Notes under the pieces: generated by a model
Told to the model about the DNA's origin: nothing
What the model saw: the letters and a program-made list of their open reading frames with translations, nothing else
Databases searched by the model: none
NCBI RefSeq assembly: GCF_048593235.1
Contig: NC_133619.1
Coordinates: 227,306,454 to 227,370,453, forward strand
Source of the DNA: Sminthopsis crassicaudata
Lineage: Eukaryota
Direction of reading: 5' to 3'
Length of the DNA: 64,000 bases
In this document: piece by piece, positions 25,177 through 43,100 of the stretch
How positions within the stretch are numbered: position 1 is the first letter of the stretch
How the letters are laid out: every line of letters begins with the position of its first letter
Made by a program: the position numbers and the translations under genes

Positions 25177-26433
25177 CTTCATTTGTTTTCCCTGTGCTTG
25201 GCCCCTTAACTTAGTGAGAGGGCCAACTTCCTCAATCTGGCCTTACTTATCTCTTCTATGACTTTCTAGCCTACCAGGTCCATTTCAGGGTCTGCTTTCA
25301 GAATTTCCCAGTACACATACATTCCTCATGAAGAAAGAAGTTAGGGTTTAGGGAGGGGCAAAGAGATTTTTTGGCTTAAGGGGCAACAGGGAGTTGAAGG
25401 CAGAAATACTGGGACTTTACTCTGAAATATGCTTCAAAGGACTCAGTTCCCACTGTTGGGATTGACAGCTTGGATGCTTGTTATCATATTGGAGTGATGG
25501 AATCTTCAAAACCATCTCTCCCTCTTGTCTTTTTTGCAAAGATCTTAATTAACTCTCTGTGCAACCTGAGAATAGCTAAGGATGGCAGGTGTAGCAAGGC
25601 ATTCAGCTCCAATGAGAATTAAGGAAAGGAGGATGTTCAATGTGATCTTAGCCAAATTCAAAATTGTAATAAGAACTAAGCACCAATTTTGACCCAAGGA
25701 CCAAAGAAACATCACTGGGAATGATGGAAAAGTGTACCATAAGTGGTTCTAACATAAACCAAATTGAAGGTGACCAGATAGCCCTCATTAGCAGGACATT
25801 CATGAATTCTTACTCTTCCAGATATGGCCCCTAAATGCCCATTTTTGTCCTTTACTGTACTCTGCTACTTTTCTTCTCCATTCCTTTTCCTTCCTCTACA
25901 AATCAAATTTACTTGTAAACAAATCCTCAGCTCTTACATTTCCAATTTCCCAGCTGCGTTGTCTATCTACTTCAGTATTACCAGATCCTAAATCCAAAAC
26001 TAGAAGGATCCTCGGGGACCATCTAGTCCAACACATTTTTAGAGTTGAGGAAATTAAGCTCCAGGTAAGTTGTGACTGCCTAAAGTCACATGCCTCTGAG
26101 GTAGGATTTGAATCCTACAAATCTGTGTCCAGTGATTCTAGAACCAGTGTACTTGCCACATTAGGCCTCTCCCTAATAGGGCAAATGTTACTCTACAGGT
26201 TCATCCTGACCTGCACTGGTGGTCACTACAACCAAGAAGTTCCCTGCCCCTAAAGTAACATGGAACGGAGCCCAAAGCTCATTTGGAGCTAATATCACTG
26301 TCAAGATCAGTCCTCAGCCCAAAACCTTCTAAGGATCTGGTTGGGGCATAGGGATGGAAAGAGAGATTTTAGTCTCCTCCAAACTGGTCTTTACATAGAA
26401 GCTATTACAGAGGCATGGGAACATTAAGGAACA

Positions 26434-26439
26434 TTTATT
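26434..26439 (-). terminator. Candidate SLC5A6 polyadenylation signal
   Basis: First AATAAA I found on the minus strand after the SLC5A6 stop; followed by a U/GU-rich tract (TGTTCCTTAATGTTCCC). Confidence 0.5.
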
Positions 26440-27526
26440 TCAATACTTAAGACCAAAGAGGCCATAGACCTGGAATCTAAGATGAAGATACAAATTTAGG
26501 GGTCAGGGGCACAGAAAAGAATGAGGCTGGAGGAGAAAGATCAGATTATTGAGGTGGGGTAGAAGAGGAAACAGGGAGAGTTTGAGCTCTGGGGCTGCCC
26601 AGGATGTGGAGGAGCAGTTGAGACATGGCTGGAAGCCATGAGAAGGAGGCCTCAGCCAAGGCTAAACTCATAAATCTGCTTAGGACCAGTCTATGGGGAG
26701 CCTGGATGGAGTTGCTTCTCAGGCAGCTGCACTGGGGGTGGGAGGGAATTGGGGGCTGTGGAGTGTCCAGGTGTGGGAGGAGGGTGTGAGCACAGTGTTC
26801 TTCACTCCAAGACCATAAAAGTCCAACTCAAATATTCTATTTTTAAAAGTTGAATAGCAACGTCTTCTTCATTAGGCCAAGATGGCCTGGGCTGGGGAGA
26901 GTGGAGGGGGGAGGATTTTGAAGGGGGAGAAAGTTTGGCAATGCACACTCTAGGGATGAAGGACAGGGGAGCAATCTTTCCAGGGAATAACAAGGGTCAG
27001 AATTAGCTAGCTTAGCTTGGGGTGGGGAAGTCTCTTCAACTGCCTATTTCTCCCTTAACCTTTTCAGCAAATATATCTACCTTCTTCAAGTCTCAAGAGA
27101 GTCCTGGATTCCTTACTTCAGGACATCACACACTACATGAACTTTTTTCCCTCAACTTTTTTTCCCTCGAGGGAAGGCAGAGATAATAGGTGTGCCAGAT
27201 GAGAGGTAGGGTAGTGCGGGGATAACCCTGACCTTGCCCCTACCTAGGATCTGATTGTCACACTCTCCTCTGGGGCCGAAGGGAATGACCCTTTTAAATC
27301 TCATCACAGGGGCCAAAGAGCACCTCTCCAAGTGCAGCCCTGGCCCCAGGGAGCTTCTGCTTATCAGCAAGAAAGGCTTGAGCCAAGACAGAAGAAGAGG
27401 GATGGAAAAGGAAGGCAACCGAAAGGACAAGGGATAAAGGGGACTTGGGAAATGAGTTTCCCAGTGATGGCTTTTATGGTATTTAACCATAAAAAGGTGC
27501 CTTCAGAGTAGGCCCAAGACAGCTGT

Positions 27527-27532
27527 AATAAA
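27527..27532 (+). terminator. Candidate TCF23 polyadenylation signal
   Basis: First AATAAA I found on the plus strand after the TCF23 stop. Confidence 0.35.
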
Positions 27533-28300
27533 GAGGCGGTGAGATGAGTCCAGGTAAAAGAACTGTATTCCCCATATGTGAAGAAGCCTCAATAAGAGGC
27601 AGACTGACATTCCAGGGGATGGCACGGAGCGATAGACCCATAGGGACCACTGATGGGAGACTAGGACCAGTTAGAGGGCGGACGGGAGCCAGCTAGTCAG
27701 TGCTTTTTGCTTGGGCCTCTACTCAGGGCCTATCCTACCTCATTTGCCCCTATAGAGTATGCTAGAAGCTTCATCTACCAGTCTAACAGGGCCTATGAAA
27801 CCCCTTAGTTCTGATTAGCAACAGGAGCAAAACAGACATGTTTTCCACCAAAGGGAGATCCTGGGAACCGTGTTTCTTTTGGACCTCTGTCTGAAGATCC
27901 TTGTGTCCTTTGGGGGCTGCTGGGCTAGGTCACTGGCAACTTGTCATCCAGGATTGGTGTACGAAGTTGCAGTTGCGGGGAATGGAAGGTTTGAAGTTAA
28001 ACCCATCTCCCATGAGATCCCTTTTACTCTCCCTGGAGACAATACATTGGTTCTTCTTCTGCATAGACTCCTTTCTGCTTAGGAGCATGAGAAAGTCCAA
28101 CAATAATCAGAAATAACAAGATGGTGAGTGACAGAAAATCTTATCGTGAGGTTCTTTGGTGCACACTAGATCACCAGGCTCCAATATCCCTGCTGGAGCA
28201 GACACTGGCTCACTCTTGGTTTACTGGGAGAGAGGGTTGATGCATTTGCCTTGTGGGTAGATGGAGAAACAAAGACAGCAGATCCTGTTCTGCTCCCAGG

Positions 28301-35488
<7,188 letters not shown>

Positions 35489-37704
35489 GCCCTCTACCTA
35501 GGTATCCCTCACAGATTCTGCAATGCTTTCCAGCCGTGCAAAGGCAAAAGATGGATTGCAACTACAACCTGGTGCCCAGTCACTCTCCTCACAGTTCTCC
35601 TCCTCTGCCGGGGGGCATGGTAGAAGCCAAGCTGTCAAGGGAATCAGGGAATCCTGTCAAAGGAACTCATACCAAGTCAGGCCAGTCCTCCTCCTCTCAC
35701 TTCCAGGCCTCTTGGTGCTTCCCATGCCTTGGACTACAGAAAGACTGGAAAGCAGACAGATATTATATGCATATATATCTGTAGTGTAGGCTAGAGGAGG
35801 ATGGAGCAGGGCAGAAAGCCAACACAAAGGTAGGAGAGGAGACATCAGGCCTGGCGAGGAGCAGGATCTGCTCAAATTCAAAGCCCTTGGTGGGTCACCA
35901 CTCCAACAACTAGACAAAAGTCAACACAGCACAGAACCAAGAATTACAGTTCACCATGTCAGTGGAGCCCGTCTGGCGCCAGACCCCAGCAGGGAATAGG
36001 AATGTGAGATTAACCATTTCAATCAGTACTTCTGGTCAAGCTCCCACCTCTAAATGTCTTCCTCGGCCCCTCTGATGTCTCTTTTCATATCCTCCTGAAG
36101 TAACCCCATGTCCCTGCAATTCTCCACTACTCTACATCCCCAGTTACAATATGGACCCCTTCCTCCAAAACTCCCTTAGCAGAAACATGGAAGAGTACTG
36201 GTGAAGCTGAGGGGCTCAGACCTGGAGAAGGAAGGCAGACATGATAGTGACTTTCCTAGGGGCAGACACATACCTGGAGAGGAGATTCTGCTATAGTTCA
36301 GCTTGGCTGATCGAGTGGCAAGAGCTGTCAAGCTTCCTCTGATTAGAGTTCTGACAAGGGACTAAGGATCTGATCTTTTAAGTTGGGCTGAGGTGGGGCC
36401 AAGGATGGGGGTGTGAACAAATTCCTACAACTAAAGAGTAAAGTTCCATTCCAGCCTTTCATAGAATTAGTCGTTAAAGCCAGAGTTCCCCTGACAGCCA
36501 GGGTGCAGTGACCCCTATGGCCAAGCCCAGAGAGACTGGGAGTAGGTGAATGGCAGAGCTACAGGGTACAGGAATATCCCTAGACAGCTGAGGTTTCTTA
36601 TAGGGCACCACATGACACTAGGCTAAAGGGGGTAAGAGAACAGGCAGAAGGAAAAGGCACTTCTTTAATCTCACAGATTATACCAGATCAGGAAATTTAT
36701 GTTTGCTCCAGGAGAAAATATAAACAATTTAGGGAAAACCAATGACTGTAAATGCTATAGGTTCTGCATGCAGAACAGGGGGAAATATGAGAGAGACAAG
36801 ATCAGTACAAGAGAGAAATAAACAAGGAAAGCACTAGAACTTTGCGGGTGCTGAGAAGTGCTCTTGCTGATACTCTGATCTTCTAACCTTTACTGCAAGA
36901 ATCAGGGAAGGGGCAGTCAAGTAACCCTAGAAACAGAGTTTAGCTTTCATGTAATCTAGAGACTGATTAACATACTTTACTTTGTATTTTCCTCTCTCTC
37001 CCCAGTGGTTCTCTCCCCCCTCCTCCCAGCCTAATCCTCCCTTTTCAGACTTCTCCTTAAGGAAACAGTCTGGCCTTCCTCCCCCAAGTGTCTCTGCCCC
37101 TGTAGGCAGAGTATGACTAGACTGTGAGTTCACAAAGTTCAGCCCTGTCTAGGAATCTCTTAAAAACAAGATGGAAGGAGACTGGGGTCTGGCAGATCAG
37201 AGGAATCACATGCTCTGCACAATCATAAACCCTATTCTTCCCATAAACCACTTCCCATGGTTTTTGATTGGAACCCTTCCATTTGACACAAAAATAATCT
37301 TGATATTATTGCAACATTCTGAGTTTCAAAATTATGGTGGGGATGAAGGTGATCACAACTGTGGCAAAACTAATGAAAGACGGCTGATAGTTGAATATCC
37401 TATGAATCGGATGAGATGGAATCTAGTTCCAGCATTACCATTAAATGATTAACTTTGGTCAAATTACTTGACCTCATAGTTTCCTTACATAAAATGAGGA
37501 AGGTCTAATATTATGTGCTTCGGGGTAGAGGAATCCTCAGGGATTACCAGCTGCCCTTCCCAAATCCATATCTGGCTTTAAAAAGCTAGGAAACAATCTC
37601 CTAAAATCTAGAAATGGGGAATCTTAATAGGTAGGGCCAGTTTCACAAGTAGGGAGAAGACTAAAGGATAGGATGTCCTGCTCTGAAATACTTCCTCCAA
37701 TGCT

Positions 37705-38580
37705 TGTCACTGTGTGTCTGATATTCCTTTGAGGTTAAAAATAAAGAAAAGGACTTTTAGTTTTTTAAGAATCCTCCTTTAAAAGGCGAATACCAAAAAA
37801 TAAAATAAAATAAAATGCAGATGTCACCAATGTCTTAGCTGAAGCCTTGTTTCATCAAATACAGGATAAGAGCCCTTGAAAGCAGATAACTTAAGTACAG
37901 ATTTCTAATCTCATATTTTCAACTGCCACATGGTTATCTCAAACTGAATGTCCCGCAAACATCTTAAACTCAATCTATCCAGTTCTAAATTCAGTATTTT
38001 TCTCTAAGTCTTCCCTTCTTCCTAACTTTTCTGTTATAGTTAAGAGATAACTGCCTATTCCTGGATTCCTTCAAGTGCCAGCTAAATCCCACTTCCTGCA
38101 AAAAAGTTTTTTCTAACTCCCCCTCTCCGTCTGGAGGCAGGTGCCCCTCCTCTGGGGTCTATGGGATAGCTTATTGTTCACAGTTGTTTCGGGGCGTCTC
38201 CCCTCCACTAACTAACCTTGAGCTCCCTGAGAAGAAGGAATGTCTTTTTTGGCTTTCCTTTCCATCCTGAGTGCTTGGTACGGAGCCTGACATACAGTAT
38301 GTGCTAATAAATGCTTCAAGTGTGAATGCTGAAAACTATCTGTGCGTGTATTTTGAAAAATAAAAAGCTTTACTAACTGAAATAAAAGCTTGTTGAATGT
38401 CATTGTGTCTGATATTCCTTAGGGAGTAAAAAAAAGGGATTTAATTGTTAAGAATTCTCTTTTAAAATACAAATATTAAAAAACTAAAAAAATAAAATAA
38501 AATGCAGATGCCTCCAATCTATTGTAAGCTAGCGAGGCCTTGTTCCATCAGATACACGCAGGACAAGCGCTCAAAGGCAC
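37705..38580. repeat. Local duplication of a ~180-bp unit (about 37705-37885 and 38397-38580) upstream of the SLC5A6 CDS
   Basis: Shared TGTGTCTGATATTCCTT, AAAAAATAAAATAAAATGCAGATG, GCCTTGTT(T/C)CATCA; copies separated by an L2 fragment. Confidence 0.7.
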
Positions 38581-38899
38581 TCAAACAAATCCTCTCAAAC
38601 GCATCCGTCAAAAGTCCTTCTGCCGGAAGAAGAAGCTGCTCAGGGCCCTTGGAAAGGGCAGAGCCTCCTCCTTAGGGAAGCCTTCCTCGTTTTGGAGACC
38701 AGCGAGTCACAAAGCTGGAAGTGCGTGGCCCCCGCCTTACCTCCTGGGCTCAGACAAGCGCTAAGAAGTCCCCTCCATCTCTTTCCGGCTCCTCATCACT
38801 GGCTGGTCTGTGATTAAGGAAAGGGCAGATCCAATGGGCTTCCCTAAGCGCTTCCCTCTCTTCACCTCTCTGCGCCCCTTCCACCACCACCACGAGGGT

Positions 38900-40150
38900 C
38901 CTCCCGTCTCTCTTTATGTACCACCAGTCACCCACCGCTCACTCTCCCTCCTCCTCCCCCTTTCACTCGGTGTCTGCGGGCAGCAAGCGCTCCCCCCCCA
39001 CAAAGGGCACGGACCCCGAAGCTGCAAAAAGTCCCTCCCAAAACAGAACAACAAAAGAGAAAAGGCTCGGCTCGCTAACCCCAGGCTGGGATGCTCGTGC
39101 CCTCCTCCCTCCCGGCTCCCTCTCCGAGGCTCACCTCGACCGGGCGGGCTGCTCACTTCCTTGCCTCCGAGGCATACTGCACTCCGGCACTGAGAAGAGC
39201 AGATAGCTCTAGCTCTCCAGACCCGCCCCCATCCCACCCCAACCTGACCCACCGGCGCTACCCCCAGCGGAGCAGGACGCCTTCAGCACACGTGGGTTTC
39301 TTGGGAAGGAGGTACTCGGGGCCGGGAGCGCGCGGATTGATGACACTACGGCCGTGCCTCCGCAACCTCGCCTCCTGATTGGAGGAAAGGCAGCCCACCG
39401 AGGCTACGCCCACCATGTTAACTGAGGGCACGGGAAGCTGTACATCAAGTGTCCCTAGAGTCCTTGAGTTGGGCGCTGGCAGGCGAGCCCGGAACTGCAG
39501 GCCGGGAAGCCCCCCGAACCTGCTGAAAGAACAGGCGAAGGCCTCAGAGACTGGGAAAGAAAGGAGCTCTGCCCTCCAACGGGAATCGGGAGAGGAAATC
39601 CTAAGAAGACCGTCGAACAACTCGAGGGTTGGGGGCAGGAAGGGCCCACTCGCCAGCAAAGAAAGAGCATCTCCTAAAGCCCTCAAGGCGCCCGCGAAAC
39701 TTAACTCGGAAAGATCATTCCACGGCCGGGGTGGGGGGGGGGAGTCACGTCAAGGTGACGCGCCGCGTAGTCTGACACGTGACCATCCCACGTCACGCGC
39801 TCGGGGAAGAGGGAGAAAAATGGCGCCTGTGTGTATGAGCCGGTCTCTGGGCTGGTTGTCTAGGGCTATACCCCTTCTCCTCGCTCTGAGCGTGGGAAGG
39901 GCCCCGGCGCTGCCCGAGGTACTGAAGATACAATCGGTGGGCTCGGGGAGGTGGGAGAAGGGATAATGGACCCCGGACCTTGCTCAGGCGCCGCCGCCGC
40001 CGCCGCCGCTCGTCTTCGCGGGGCTGAGGCGCGGGACAGGGACCCCCGAGCCAGCCCGAGGCTTCTGGGCCTTCCCGAACCTCTGGGCACCTTCTCCTGA
40101 CTGTCGCTTCCCTGATCCCCAGGCCCCCGCCCCGTGCCCTTCCGAGTCTT
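38900..40150. promoter_or_regulatory. CpG-island bidirectional promoter of SLC5A6 (-) and ATRAID (+)
   Basis: High GC and CpG content between head-to-head genes; reverse CCAAT near 39377; ACGT-core motifs at 39745-39795; candidate SLC5A6 5'-UTR donors near 39134 (GAG|GTGAGC) and 38740 (GAG|GTAAGG). Confidence 0.85.
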
Positions 40151-43100
40151 ACATGACCTAAAATGTTAGTAAAAGGTCAGCCCAGTGTTCCGCGGAAGGA
40201 GTCAAGGAGCTACTACGTGGGGGGGAGACAAGACCATTAACCTATTGGGGGGCCATGTAGTAAAATGTTAGGTCAGCACCCTGGCTGGTGTAGGGACGGC
40301 GAGATCCGGGGGGAATTCCCTTTGTGAAACCCCCAGTACCAATGTAGATGAGCTGCTTTAGAGATTTGAGAGCTGCCTGGAGGCAGAGATTGAAGGACTT
40401 GCCAAAGGGTCGCCCGTCCTATACCCCTGAAACTGAACTGAAACCCAGGTTTTTCTGACCTTCATACTCCTAAAGATCGATCTAAATACCTGTTGCTGTT
40501 TGTGCAATTAATTATAAATTCCAGTTACTATTATTAGTTATAAGCAAGCCTGGAACTGGAAGTCAGACTATATGAAATTTTACAAATGTTATTTAATACA
40601 CTATTTCTCCACCCCCCCCCCCAAAAAAATCCTGGCTGGTAGATGGTATTATTACCATTTTACAGATGCTGAAACTGAGAGACTGAGGTCAAGTGACATG
40701 CCCAGGGTCACACAGCTGGTGTCTTAAGACCTGTTCTATCCCCTGCATTATTTAGCTGTTTCTATTCACTCACACTTAATTAGTTGTATGACCTTGGGCA
40801 AGTCACTTTCCTTCCATTTAGTCTTAAAATCTTATAGAGCTAAAAAGTGCCTCGGAATCCAACTTCATTTTGAGAACTAGGGATTTAAGAGTATTTTATA
40901 TTTAAGAGATAGAATTCAAACTCTGCTCCTTGGACAGCAGAGGCAAAGATCTCTCTGTTGTATAATCTTGGTTGTGTTTGGGAGGGACAGATTTAAGTGA
41001 TTTACCCAGAGTAACATCCAGGATACTTCTGGTCCCCAGTAAATCTGAGGTCGAGAGGCAGAGGCTGTTGGAGGAAATGATCTCCAAAAATATAACATTC
41101 TATGAGTCTGAAGTAGCACTGCTATTATTAAAGTTTCCTAAAATGTCACTTCTTTATCTTCTCCATTTTAATGGGTAACTCATACTCTCCGTGAACAAAT
41201 GATGGCCTCTCATGCAGATCTAAAACTGTTGCCAGTATTGAGTTCTTGTAAAAATCTTTTGTCTCTCCAACTTGACAGGTCTGTATTTTAAAAGTTATTA
41301 TACTTATTTAATAAATATTTTGAATGGTAATGTATAAGTAGGTGAAGAACTTTTTATCAACAGATTCAGGTTTGGAAAGAGTGGAAAGTAGTTTCTGAAG
41401 GATATTATCTGATGAAAGAATTGATACCTAACACAAAAGAAGGGAAAAAAAAGAGGAATATGTTCTTTTCCAGGCCAGAATGTGGGGAGGGGTGAATAGA
41501 GCCTCTTTTAGAGAATCTGGAGTATGAATTTAACTTTTCTATATTAGATGATGAAATAATGCAATCTCATTGTCCCTTTTTAAGGTAGGAATTTACCCTT
41601 TTATAAAGTAAGAATTTGGTGGTCAGCACTATGATCATTTCTTTTTCTTGTCTGTCCTTAATCTTTCACATCCTGCAGATATGCAAATACTGTCCAGGGC
41701 CTGTATATGACAAGTCAGAGGTTGACCTTTACTGTAAACAGAGACAAGAGTTAAAGCTGAGCGATCGTTGCTGTCTGACCCAACAGGGCACCATTGTGGG
41801 GTAAGAAATAGGAATAAGCTGTGTGACTATATACAATTGTGTGATTTGAAACATCATTTTTGATTCTCAAAATACTGTTATGGGCCAGAACTCTGAACCT
41901 GAAACAAAGGATTGAAACAAGGTGCTAAGTCAGTGGAATCGATAGAAACAATGATTATTTAGCATGGTATTTAATAGTTCTCTAGTTCAGTACATGTACT
42001 TAGTACTTACTTATAGTTCTACAAGATTCACACCTTTAAGAGAGCATATATAAGCTAGGAGCCTCAGCCAGGATTCAGTCTGGGAGATTCAGAAGCCAGA
42101 GCTCAAGCTCTTGGAACCAAGACTGCAGAGGGCCTCTAAGAAAGCTACCTGGGCCACAGGAAAGGAGACAAGACTTGGAAAGAGACAATAAAGGATTTGG
42201 ACTTTAATCCCTGGCTGAGGCTCCCAGAGCTTCTAGTGCACTTGTCTTTCTGGCCCTGAGAGCTTCTTGCTTATATGCCCCATACTGAGTATACACCAGT
42301 CATTACATCACTAGGAAACCATTATTTGTTGTAGGATTAAATCAGTGCTAAACTAGATTTAACCACTGTCTCCTCAATTCCACTTAGTACCTCATTTCAA
42401 GTTCTGGCCCATGACATCTCCTTGTAGAATTAAATCAATCATACTCAACCATGCTAAATTAGATAACTACTGTCTCTTATCAATTCCACTGACATAGTAC
42501 CTTGTAAGAATCCTTTGTTTCAAGTTCAGAGTTCTGGGCCATAACAAAATACAACTCTACAGCTACATGGTCCTTATACTTTTTAATCTGCATGTCCTTT
42601 TGGGTAGGGAAAACCCTATGGACCACCTGTCACATTTGACTATATAACTACTGAACAAAAACAGTATGATGTTACTTTTGCCTAGCAAGTTTAGTCTTTT
42701 CAGTCTTATCGGATTTGGGGTTTTCTTGGCAAAGATAATGGAGTAGTTTGCCATTTCCTTCCCCAGCTCATTTGTTTAGGTAACTAAGGCAAATTAGCTT
42801 AAATGACTTAGGGTCACACACAGCTAGACAGTTTCTGAGGCCACCTTTGAACTTAGATAACTGATTCTAGGTCTACCACTCCATCCATTTTGCCACTTAG
42901 GAGCTTTATAGACAATTAATAATTGCTGTTAAACTTGTAAAATATATATCTATATCTTTTGTTTTAACACTAAAGCTAATTTTGGATGGTGAAGCAAAAA
43001 GGACCACATCTCAAGTGTAAAAATGTATCCTCCTTTGAATGTTACAAAATGTTTCTGTGTAGTTCAGCTGAATAGAAAACAGTAATTGATTTGAGCTGAG

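Noticed and set aside
39990-40007. (GCC)6 in ATRAID intron 1 as an expansion-prone locus
   Set aside because: Very short and typical of CpG islands.
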